Below are positions 19,756 to 28,215 of a stretch of 64,000 nucleotides of DNA, piece after piece. The position numbers and the translations under genes were made by a program. Each line of letters opens with the position of its first letter. Position 1 is the first letter of the stretch. Origin of the DNA: Patescibacteria group bacterium (GTDB lineage: Bacteria; Patescibacteriota; Minisyncoccia; RBG-13-40-8-A); contig JAZDGD010000001.1 of the NCBI GenBank assembly GCA_043807255.1, positions 8,464 through 72,463 of the forward strand. Reading direction: 5' to 3'. The notes below the pieces were generated by a model that did no database searches, was not told the DNA's origin, and worked only from the letters and a program-made list of their open reading frames with translations.

Positions 19756-21033
19756 ATGAGCAAATTGTATCAAAAGTTTACATTTAAAAATGGTCTAAGG
19801 TTGGTCACTGTTCCAATGAAAAACACTCAAGCAGTGACTGTTTTAGTTTTAGTTGGAACTGGTTCAAAATATGAAACAAAAGGAATTAATGGCATTTCCC
19901 ATTTTTTGGAACATATGCTTTTTAAGGGAACGAAAAAGAGGCCGACATCACTGGACGTGTCTCTGGTTCTTGATAAAATAGGAGGGGAAAATAATGCCTT
20001 TACCGACAGAGAACAAACCGGTTACTATGCCAAGGTCGACGCAAAACATTTAGACACAGCCATCGATTGGATTTCTGATATTTTTCTAAATTCAAAATTT
20101 GATTCAAGGGAAATCGAAAAAGAAAAAGGTGTGATTATTGAAGAAATTAATATGTACCTAGACGAACCGCGTAGATATGTAGGCACATTGTGGAATAAGT
20201 TGTTATATGGTGATCAACCAGCTGGGTGGGACATTGCCGGAACGGAAGAAACGATAAAAAATATAAAAAGAAACGATTTTATAAATTATTTAAAGAATCA
20301 TTATTCTGCGTCAAATACGGTTATGGTTGTTGCGGGGAAAATAGACAATCTTAATAAATTAAAAAAAGATATTGAAAATAGATTTAAAACGACAAACCAC
20401 AAAAAATCACAAGATAGACTAGGAGTCGTTTTTTCGCAAAACAAACCTCAGAAATTAATTCATTTTAAAAAAACCGATCAAGCCCATTTATGTTTGGGCG
20501 TTCGTTCTTACAATATTTTTCATAAAGATATATATGTGTTGAACGTTTTGACTAGTATTCTGAGCGGAGGATTTAGTTCGAGAATGCTCATAGAGATTCG
20601 AGAAAAGCGAGGATTAGCATATTATGTTGGGACGTCTAATTATTCCAATTTAGATAATGGGTGCCTTGTAACACGCGCCGGAGTAAATAACTCTAAAGCA
20701 GATGAGGCGACAATAGAAATTTTAAAACAATATAAATTAATTAAAAACAAGAAAGTATCTGCACAAGAACTAAGAAAGGCCAAGGACTATATTAAGGGGA
20801 GGGCTATTTTGGGCATGGAATCGTCTGACGATTGGGCATCTTTTTATGGTGATCAAGAATTATTCGAAAATAAGATTTTGACCTTAGAAGAAAAACTTGC
20901 TAAAATAGAAGCAGTGACAGCCGAAGACGTACAAAGAGTGGCAAAAGACATTTTTAAACCAGAAAAATTAAATTTAGCATTAATCGGTCCATTTAAGAAC
21001 AAGAAGAGATTTCAAAACTTATTGGATCTATAA
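19756..21033 (+). CDS. M16 family zinc peptidase
   Basis: HFLEH inverted zinc motif, NAFT, EIREKRGLAYYV. Confidence 0.93.
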   Translation: MSKLYQKFTFKNGLRLVTVPMKNTQAVTVLVLVGTGSKYETKGINGISHFLEHMLFKGTKKRPTSLDVSLVLDKIGGENNAFTDREQTGYYAKVDAKHLDTAIDWISDIFLNSKFDSREIEKEKGVIIEEINMYLDEPRRYVGTLWNKLLYGDQPAGWDIAGTEETIKNIKRNDFINYLKNHYSASNTVMVVAGKIDNLNKLKKDIENRFKTTNHKKSQDRLGVVFSQNKPQKLIHFKKTDQAHLCLGVRSYNIFHKDIYVLNVLTSILSGGFSSRMLIEIREKRGLAYYVGTSNYSNLDNGCLVTRAGVNNSKADEATIEILKQYKLIKNKKVSAQELRKAKDYIKGRAILGMESSDDWASFYGDQELFENKILTLEEKLAKIEAVTAEDVQRVAKDIFKPEKLNLALIGPFKNKKRFQNLLDL

Positions 21034-21035
21034 GC

Positions 21036-22076
21036 ATGCAAGAAACAAAAACAATTAATATTTCTACGAATACAATAATTAGAGTTATTTTAATAATTCT
21101 CGGTTTGGGATTTCTTTATCTTATTAAGAACGTTATTGTTCTATTTATTTTTGCCTTAATTATTGCTTCGGCAATAGCTCCAGCCATTAATTTTTTCGAA
21201 AAAATTAAAATACCTCGAGTAATCGGGGCGTTAATTGTTTATATTTTGGTTATTGGTGCAATTGCGCTTTTGGCTTCTCTGATTGTTCCAACGATTGCAA
21301 GAAACGTTAAGGATTTAGCAACCAACCTGCCATCTTATATTGAGTCGTTGTCAGAAAAATTTCAATCATTCGAAAAAGCATCATCGAAATATGGGATGAT
21401 TATCGACAGGATGCAGGAGTATTTGAGTAATATTGGTGAAACGTTAAAATCGTTAAGCGCAAATATCTTCTCAACGGCAGTCAGTTTCTTCGGTGGAATA
21501 TTCTCATTCTTTTTGGTTATAGTGATGTCTTTTTATATTTCAGTTCAAAAGAAGGGGGTGCAGAGGGTTTTGACTGCAATTATGCCCATACATTATCGTG
21601 ATTATGTTTTGGATCTTTGGGAAAGGGCACAAAAAAAACTGGGCAGATGGCTCCAGGGTCAATTATTTCTTGCTTTGGTTGTTGGGGTGTTGGTTTATAT
21701 TGGGCTTTCTCTTTTGGGCGTTAAATATGCCTTGATTTTAGGGATAATTTCAGGAGTTTTAGAATTGTTCCCATACATCGGTCCTGTTCTTGCGGGCATT
21801 CCGGGCGTGATTTTGGGGTTATTGCAGGCGCCGATTCTTGGTTTATGGGTCTTGATTTTGTATTTAGTTGTTCAGCAGGTGGAGGCTTATTTAATTGCGC
21901 CACTTGTGATGGGCAAGGTTGTTGGCTTAAATCCGATTGTAATTATTTTAGCATTATTGATTGGTGGAAAATTGGGAGGAATATTGGGCATGGTTTTGGC
22001 TGTTCCCTTGGCAGCAGTTTTCGCAGAATTGTTGAGAGATATGCTTAAAAAACGAAAAGAAGCAGAAGCGCAATAG
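21036..22076 (+). CDS. AI-2E family transporter
   Basis: FPYIGP, QQVEAYLIAPLVMG..VGLNP, GILGMVLAVP motifs. Confidence 0.92.
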   Translation: MQETKTINISTNTIIRVILIILGLGFLYLIKNVIVLFIFALIIASAIAPAINFFEKIKIPRVIGALIVYILVIGAIALLASLIVPTIARNVKDLATNLPSYIESLSEKFQSFEKASSKYGMIIDRMQEYLSNIGETLKSLSANIFSTAVSFFGGIFSFFLVIVMSFYISVQKKGVQRVLTAIMPIHYRDYVLDLWERAQKKLGRWLQGQLFLALVVGVLVYIGLSLLGVKYALILGIISGVLELFPYIGPVLAGIPGVILGLLQAPILGLWVLILYLVVQQVEAYLIAPLVMGKVVGLNPIVIILALLIGGKLGGILGMVLAVPLAAVFAELLRDMLKKRKEAEAQ

Positions 22077-22521
22077 CGATAACGATGATTTGGGTAAATA
22101 ATTCAAGGAAGGTAGGCCTACCTTCCTTTTGTGATTTATAGTTTATTTTATTGTTAAAGTCTCTATATTTGGAAAATATTTTATTATTAAAAATCATTGA
22201 CAGCCCCCAAATAAAATCAGGCAAAACAGAGAAAAATATTCCAACAACAACCAACATTATTTGTCTAAAATCTAACTGATGATTAAAAACACAAACAAAG
22301 AAAACAATTAGCCCTGCAATCACATCAATTGATGTTTTAAGGATAATTTTAATTTTTTTATTCTTTTTAAAATCGACAGCATCTTGATAGGTTAAATAAT
22401 CCCAGTGTGGAATTTGATCTAATATAAAATGAAAAATAATCGCTAACAATGCGACTAATCCAAAACTATCTATTTTTGAACCGATTACTGCGCCGACTAT
22501 AATATGTGGTAATAAAACCAT
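22045..22521 (-). CDS. Hypothetical membrane protein (possible metal-binding hydrolase)
   Basis: PHIIVGA, HFILDQIPHWDY and LPD motifs. Confidence 0.7.
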   Translation of the reverse strand: MVLLPHIIVGAVIGSKIDSFGLVALLAIIFHFILDQIPHWDYLTYQDAVDFKKNKKIKIILKTSIDVIAGLIVFFVCVFNHQLDFRQIMLVVVGIFFSVLPDFIWGLSMIFNNKIFSKYRDFNNKINYKSQKEGRPTFLELFTQIIVIAIALLLLFVF

Positions 22522-22568
22522 AGTATTTCAATATTAACAAATATTTAATTCACTGTTAAGCTTAAGAC

Positions 22569-23237
22569 ATGGGGAAGCTATACATCGTTGCAACACCAAT
22601 AGGAAATTTAGGAGACATAACCTTAAGGGCATTAGAGGTTCTAAAAAGCGTTGATTTGGTTTTGTGCGAAGACACAAGGGTTGCACAAAAATTATTAAAT
22701 CATTTTGAAATCAAAAAACCATTACAAAGTTATCATCAACATAGCGATTCTAGAAAAACAGATTATATTGTAGGAATTTTGGGAGAAGGCAAGGATGTTG
22801 CGTTGATTTCTGATTCTGGTACGCCGGGAATATCTGATCCGGGCAACGAATTAGTTGCAATAATTAATAATCAATTATCACTAATTAATATTATTCCAAT
22901 CCCCGGGCCAAGCGCGATGACTGCGATTGCGAGTGTCGCTGGAATTCCAATGGATAAATTTGTATTTATGGGATTTCCTCCACACAAAAAAGGCAGGCAA
23001 ACAATGTTTAGAGAAATTTCTGAATCAAAATATCCGGTGATAATTTACGAATCAGTGCATAGAATAATTAAAACCCTAAAAGAATTGCAAGTATTTAATG
23101 ATTTTGATATAGTGGTAGGACGAGAATTAACCAAGAAATTTGAAACAATCTACCGTGGTAAAATTTCCGAAGTCATTCCCCAAATCGAACCACGAGGAGA
23201 GTTTGTAGTAATAATTTGCCCAAACCATGAAAAATAA
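22569..23237 (+). CDS. rsmI: 16S rRNA (cytidine1402-2'-O)-methyltransferase
   Basis: LYIVATPIGNLGDITLRA, CEDTR, SDSGTPGISDPG, RELTKKFE motifs. Confidence 0.96.
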   Translation: MGKLYIVATPIGNLGDITLRALEVLKSVDLVLCEDTRVAQKLLNHFEIKKPLQSYHQHSDSRKTDYIVGILGEGKDVALISDSGTPGISDPGNELVAIINNQLSLINIIPIPGPSAMTAIASVAGIPMDKFVFMGFPPHKKGRQTMFREISESKYPVIIYESVHRIIKTLKELQVFNDFDIVVGRELTKKFETIYRGKISEVIPQIEPRGEFVVIICPNHEK

Positions 23238-24738
23238 ATTTTATATCACAACTACATTGCCATACGTAAATGCCGCACCACACGTGGGGCATGCATTAGA
23301 AATTGTGCAAGCAGATGTTATCGCTCGATATCGTGCCTTACAGGGCGACGAGGTGTTTTTTAATACTGGGACAGATGAACATGGACTTAAAATTTATCAA
23401 AAAGCATTAGAAGAAAAAAAGGATCCACAAGCATACTGCAATGAATATGCGGCAAAATTTGATTTATTGAAAGAAAAATTAAATTTATCTTACAATAATT
23501 TTATTCGCACAACCGACAAACATCACATCGAAGCATGCCAGGAATTTTGGAAACGATGCGAAAAAAATGGAGATATCTATAAAAAGAACTACAAAACCAA
23601 ATATTGTGTTGGTTGCGAATTAGAAAAAACCGATTCCGAATTAGTTGATGGCAAGTGCTCAAATCATCCCAATTATAAATTAGAAATTATTGATGAAGAA
23701 AATTATTTTTTTAGATTTTCAAAATACCAACAACCACTGTTAGATCTTTATGATAAAAATAAAAATTTTGTGATTCCTACTCATCGTCAAAAAGAAATTT
23801 ATAATTTTGTAAAAAATGGTTTACAGGATTTTAGCATTTCGCGACTTAAAACAAAAATGCCATGGGGTGTGCCAGTACCAGGGGACAGTGATCATATAAT
23901 GTATGTTTGGTTTGATGCTTTGATTAATTATATTTCTTGTTTGGGGTGGCCCTTCGACTACGCTCAGGGCAAGCCCGAAAATAAAAATAAGTTTAAGGAA
24001 TTTTGGGGCACAGACAAAAAACCAAACGCAATTCAGGTTGCCGGCAAGGATAATTTAAGACAACAAACTGCAATGTGGCAAGCAATGCTTTTATCGGCAA
24101 AGCTTCCATTGTCAAAACAAGTATTTATTCATGGCTTTATCAATTTGGAAGGGCAAAAAGTGAGTAAGTCGTCAGGCATAACTTTGCCCAGCCCAATTGA
24201 ATTAGTTGATAAATACGGTATCGATGCCGTTAGATATTATTTATTGCGAGGGATTCCGTCTTATGAAGATGGCGATTTTTCTATTCAAAGATTTGAAGAA
24301 TTGTATAATGCTGACTTGGCAAACGGACTTGGAAACTTGGTTGCGAGAGTTCTGGGACTAATAGAGAAAAATAATTTATTTAATGAGACCTCAAAAGATA
24401 AGGCCGACATTCGATACCAAACCAATGTAAATAATTTAAAAAAAGCAGTTGACGATTGTATTAATAAATTTGAATTTACGGAATTTTTGGAAGCTGTCTG
24501 GGCGGGGATTAGGGTGTTGGGAGATAAATATATCGACGATAAGAAGCCGTGGGAATTAATAAAAAACAATAAAAACGAAACAAAACAAGTCTTATCCAAT
24601 CTTCTGTATCTTATTTCCGAAATTGCTGACTTGATTGCACCGTTTTTGCCAGAAACTAGCGAAAAAATAAAAAATCAATTAAAAACAGGGAAATCGGAAA
24701 TATTGTTTCCGAGACTTGTCCCACCACTGCGGGGTTGA
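23227..24738 (+). CDS. metG: Methionine--tRNA ligase
   Basis: FYITTTLPYVNAAPHVGHA, TGTDEHG, YVWFDALINY motifs. Confidence 0.96.
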   Translation: MKNKFYITTTLPYVNAAPHVGHALEIVQADVIARYRALQGDEVFFNTGTDEHGLKIYQKALEEKKDPQAYCNEYAAKFDLLKEKLNLSYNNFIRTTDKHHIEACQEFWKRCEKNGDIYKKNYKTKYCVGCELEKTDSELVDGKCSNHPNYKLEIIDEENYFFRFSKYQQPLLDLYDKNKNFVIPTHRQKEIYNFVKNGLQDFSISRLKTKMPWGVPVPGDSDHIMYVWFDALINYISCLGWPFDYAQGKPENKNKFKEFWGTDKKPNAIQVAGKDNLRQQTAMWQAMLLSAKLPLSKQVFIHGFINLEGQKVSKSSGITLPSPIELVDKYGIDAVRYYLLRGIPSYEDGDFSIQRFEELYNADLANGLGNLVARVLGLIEKNNLFNETSKDKADIRYQTNVNNLKKAVDDCINKFEFTEFLEAVWAGIRVLGDKYIDDKKPWELIKNNKNETKQVLSNLLYLISEIADLIAPFLPETSEKIKNQLKTGKSEILFPRLVPPLRG

Positions 24739-24763
24739 CCAATCAACATTAATGGCGTATAGT
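24735..24763 (+). promoter_or_regulatory. Sigma70 promoter
   Basis: TTGACC-17 nt-TATAGT. Confidence 0.6.
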
Positions 24764-24815
24764 TGAATCAGTTCCTTTGTGGAGCTGATTTTAAATTAAA
24801 GAAAGAGAGGATACT

Positions 24816-25832
24816 ATGAGAAAGTCAGTTTGTGTGGTTCTTTTCATTGTTTTGGTTGTTTTCTCGTTGCCTTTTTCGGTTTTTGCCCAGAGGGTCGAAC
24901 CCAATAAAGTCGTACCCAAGAAAGTCGTCAGGATCAATTCTGCTCCGCTTAAAATTGGCGGGGTTCACAATGAACAAGAATTGATGGATTTGCTTAATTC
25001 TGAGCAAGAGGCTATCGCTGTTGTTTTTGGTCACAACGATACATTGATCAAGATTTTTATTCAGCATCTGTCTGGAGACATAGAGATCGAGTCTCGATGG
25101 TTTAAAAAGGGTGACAGATTTTTATCCAATATTTATCGTTATAATGGTAAAATTTTTAACGTGGGAGAATGGGAATGGGCAGGCGAAAAGCCGTTTGATG
25201 CATTTGTATTTCCCATCGAACAAGACCTAGGAGACATTATAAGGCAATATTGGGTTGTGGTTATTAAAGATTGTGCAAATATTGTTCTATGGGAAATTGT
25301 CGATCTTCCTATTCCGATCGAGAAGGTTGAAGAAAGGCAAGTCATTCCGCAAAGGGAAGAAAGAGAAATTCTCGAATTTCCGTCCAGGTTGTCGCTTAAA
25401 AACGACACCAAACAGCCAGCTCAAATAGATTTCTTTGCTGGAGCTGGAGTTGGCGGGTTTTATTCCTGTTTTATGGAGTATGGAACCATAGAGTGGGGAG
25501 TGGAACGTCAAATCTCTGGCCCGGTTAGCGTATTAGCATCCATTGGTGTTGGTGTGCCCGTCGGTCAGAATAAACGCGGTTGGTACACTGTACCAATGGT
25601 AAACCTCGATTTGGTTGGAACATTATTTGAACCAGTTTATCTGGGGGCAGGAATCGGATTTTCCGGTAAAATGAAAGAGGGACAAGAGTCCCAATTGGAA
25701 TTTGGTCCAACCGTCGGGTTTCGCGTGGGAGGTGTGGATTTCTCATTTAGGGGGAGAGTTCCTTTTAAAGGAGACCCAAGGGGGGTAAAGGGGAACTACA
25801 AAATTCTCCTTGGGATGAAAATATTTTTTTGA
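24816..25832 (+). CDS. Secreted protein with C-terminal outer-membrane beta-barrel-like domain
   Basis: Signal peptide ending SVFA; Gly/aromatic alternating strands; C-terminal LLGMKIFF; GAGAGG SD. Confidence 0.65.
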   Translation: MRKSVCVVLFIVLVVFSLPFSVFAQRVEPNKVVPKKVVRINSAPLKIGGVHNEQELMDLLNSEQEAIAVVFGHNDTLIKIFIQHLSGDIEIESRWFKKGDRFLSNIYRYNGKIFNVGEWEWAGEKPFDAFVFPIEQDLGDIIRQYWVVVIKDCANIVLWEIVDLPIPIEKVEERQVIPQREEREILEFPSRLSLKNDTKQPAQIDFFAGAGVGGFYSCFMEYGTIEWGVERQISGPVSVLASIGVGVPVGQNKRGWYTVPMVNLDLVGTLFEPVYLGAGIGFSGKMKEGQESQLEFGPTVGFRVGGVDFSFRGRVPFKGDPRGVKGNYKILLGMKIFF

Positions 25833-25854
25833 ACATTTTAGAAAGCAAGACGAA

Positions 25855-25886
25855 GGGGGTCCGATGGTCATCGGACCCCCTTTTTT
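25855..25886 (+). terminator. Intrinsic terminator
   Basis: GGGGGTCCGAT-GGTC-ATCGGACCCCC followed by TTTTTT. Confidence 0.85.
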
Positions 25887-25916
25887 ATTTCTTTAAATAG
25901 TGATATATTCTAAAAT

Positions 25917-26744
25917 ATGTTAATCGATACACACGCGCATCTAAATTTTAAAGATTTTGATGATGATCGAGAAGAAATTATCAAACAATGTCAGAAGAAC
26001 GACATCGTCGTTCTTAATATTGGCGTAAATTATACTACCTCCAAAGAGGTGATTGAGCTTGCGGAAAAATATAATAATTGTTGGGCGACAGTCGCTGTTC
26101 ATCCACACGATATTGCCGAATCGCGCGACGGGGTTGGTTTTGATTATAATAAATTTTTGGAGCTTGCTAAACATTCTCGCGTTGTAGGAATTGGTGAGTG
26201 TGGTTTGGATTATCAACTCATAGAGGCAGATAAACGCAGACTTGGAACGCAGATCGACGCAGAAAAAGCGCAAAAACAACAACAAGAAATTTTTATACAA
26301 CATTTAAAATTAGCACAAGAAGTAGATAAGCCAATAATCATTCATTCCCGTAGATTGTTCCCAGAAATTTTAGAAATCATTAAAACATTTCAAGCATCAA
26401 GCATCAAGCATTTAAATGGTGTCCTGCATTGCTATATGGGTCGCTGGTCTTACGCTGAAGAATATTTGAAATTAGGGTTTTATTTGAGTTTTACGGGACT
26501 GATAACTTATGCGCGAGATTATGATAAAGTTATTAAAAATTGCCCATTGGATAGAATTTTAATTGAAACCGATTCGCCATACTTAACGCCGGATCCTTTG
26601 CGAAAAAAGGACGAAATTGTCAGAAATACACCGCTGAATGTTGAATTAGTCGCTCGAAAAATCGCCGAAATAAAAGGAATTAGTTTTGAAGAAGTTGCAG
26701 AACAAACAACCAAAAACGCACAAAAGTTATTTAAAATACAATAA
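25917..26744 (+). CDS. tatD: TatD family DNase
   Basis: LIDTHAHL, HPH, IGECGLDY, IHSR, LHCY, ETDSPYL motifs. Confidence 0.95.
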   Translation: MLIDTHAHLNFKDFDDDREEIIKQCQKNDIVVLNIGVNYTTSKEVIELAEKYNNCWATVAVHPHDIAESRDGVGFDYNKFLELAKHSRVVGIGECGLDYQLIEADKRRLGTQIDAEKAQKQQQEIFIQHLKLAQEVDKPIIIHSRRLFPEILEIIKTFQASSIKHLNGVLHCYMGRWSYAEEYLKLGFYLSFTGLITYARDYDKVIKNCPLDRILIETDSPYLTPDPLRKKDEIVRNTPLNVELVARKIAEIKGISFEEVAEQTTKNAQKLFKIQ

Positions 26745-26747
26745 TCC

Positions 26748-26776
26748 TTGATTTTTTTAAAATAACAGATTATAAT
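26748..26776 (+). promoter_or_regulatory. Sigma70 promoter of the ncRNA-RT unit
   Basis: TTGATT-17 nt-TATAAT; TSS predicted near 26783. Confidence 0.7.
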
Positions 26777-26782
26777 GATTTC

Positions 26783-27067
26783 GCAGGTAGCAGGCATAAG
26801 TTCGTTCCTTTTCTCGACGGCGGAACACCTCATTGGTACCCAATGAGTCTAACGGCGAAAGCCAGGTACTGTCCTTATCGGGCGAAAGCCCGAAATAGGA
26901 ACATTGCGTGGATCAAGCCGATTCTCGGCTTGGTCTGCCAGATCGGGGGTTCGCGGGAGATACATTGAGCGTCAAGGGACACCCTCTCTCTCCCTCTCCA
27001 CAACGCCCAGCCATGAATGCCTGTGTCAACACCTGTGGCCCTTGCCCAAACAAGGGCCATCTTTTTT
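26783..27067 (+). ncRNA. Structured ncRNA upstream of RT (retron msr-msd-like candidate)
   Basis: 5'/3' pairing GCAGGCAT 26790-97 with ATGCCTGT 27017-24 and CAGGT with ACCTG; at least 5 hairpins, two with GAAA tetraloops; ends in terminator hairpin 27036-27067. Confidence 0.75.
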
Positions 27068-27096
27068 AAGTAAATCAACCAAAAAGGAGAAATGGG

Positions 27097-28143
27097 TTGA
27101 AAAAATATACCGTTCCGAGGATATTAGGAGAATCAGTTCTTTTTATGTTAATCAGAAGGTACGGTAATTGTAAGACGCAAGAGACAATTACGGCAGAGGT
27201 ATTATCAAAATTAATTTCTTGTCCGCCCTACACGACCAGCAGAAGCCTTATTAATGGTAAGGTTCGCGAATTAAGTATTCCAAGCAGAGAACTTAAAATG
27301 GTTTTAAGGGTAATTCTAAAAAATATTTTTGATTATTTTGGTGTGTCGGGCTTTGCTCACGGCGGAGTGTGTGAAAAATCTATCGTTACGAATGCCGAAA
27401 TACATCTTGGGGCAAAGTCTATCTTCAAAATTGATTTTAGACATTATTATCCATCGATTACTCAAAAAATGGTCGTGGATTGCCTCTCTCGATTGTTAGA
27501 AAAAAACGTTGGATGTATTGCTACTTTAGAAAATTGCGGCATGTCTTCTTTTCGAGAGGCAAGAGGATTGGCGGGAATTATTGGTCGTTTAGCTACACAC
27601 AAAGGAGTGTTGCCTCAAGGGGCACCAACTAGTTCGTGTTTACAAAACCTGATTTTTAGAGATCTAGATGAAAAGATCTCCAAAGTAGCCGAAAAATATT
27701 TTCTTCGTTACACTCGCTTTGTGGATGACCTAACTTTTTCTAGTGCCTGGCCAGAGATATCACAGTCAGCGTTAAATGAAATAATGGCACTGATTAAAAA
27801 CGAAGTTGGTGAATTTCTTAAATTGAATCGTAAGAAAATTCACTACAGAAAAGGGAAAAGAGAGGTACACAAAATCACAGGCGTAACAATTGTTCCTGGA
27901 CTAGACAATATTTCAAAAACATCTTTAACGCGAAGGCAGATAGAGCGATACAGAAGCGTATTGCATTTAGCTAGTTTGGGTCGCGTAAGCACGGATCAGG
28001 CATGGGGTGTAATCGCGTTTGTAAGAATGGTTTGTGGGGAAGGAATTCCCAATAGACTGAGAAAACCGTTTACACAATTTTTAACAAATTGCTATCCTGA
28101 TTCGTGGGACAGGAGGATTGAACCCTATAAGAATTGGTTGTAG
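27097..28143 (+). CDS. Retron-family reverse transcriptase
   Basis: NAEIH (region X NAxxH), DFRHYYPSI, LPQGAPTS, YTRFVDDLTFS, KITG (region Y VTG-like); TTG start 7 nt after AAGGAG. Confidence 0.9.
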   Translation: MKKYTVPRILGESVLFMLIRRYGNCKTQETITAEVLSKLISCPPYTTSRSLINGKVRELSIPSRELKMVLRVILKNIFDYFGVSGFAHGGVCEKSIVTNAEIHLGAKSIFKIDFRHYYPSITQKMVVDCLSRLLEKNVGCIATLENCGMSSFREARGLAGIIGRLATHKGVLPQGAPTSSCLQNLIFRDLDEKISKVAEKYFLRYTRFVDDLTFSSAWPEISQSALNEIMALIKNEVGEFLKLNRKKIHYRKGKREVHKITGVTIVPGLDNISKTSLTRRQIERYRSVLHLASLGRVSTDQAWGVIAFVRMVCGEGIPNRLRKPFTQFLTNCYPDSWDRRIEPYKNWL

Positions 28144-28144
28144 C

Positions 28145-28175
28145 AGGCATTGGTTGCAAAACCGATGCCTTTTTT
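28145..28175 (+). terminator. Intrinsic terminator after RT
   Basis: AGGCATTGGTT-GCAA-AACCGATGCCT followed by TTTTT. Confidence 0.85.
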
Positions 28176-28215
28176 ATTTGAAATTTATCTGTAAATTTGA
28201 TAAGATAAAGATAAT

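Noticed and set aside
25917-26744. TatD as the retron effector
   Set aside because: It looks like the housekeeping TatD in rsmI-metG-tatD context and is separated from the RT unit by a distinct promoter.
26875-27167. ORFs 26904-27167 (+) and 26875-27078 (-) as protein genes
   Set aside because: They overlap the hairpin-rich ncRNA and terminator, lack an RBS and have atypical composition.
26783-28175. RT as a group II intron or diversity-generating retroelement
   Set aside because: No GUGYG start, domain V/VI or interrupted host gene, and no TR/VR pair or Avd-like gene was seen. The NAxxH and ITG motifs point to the retron family.
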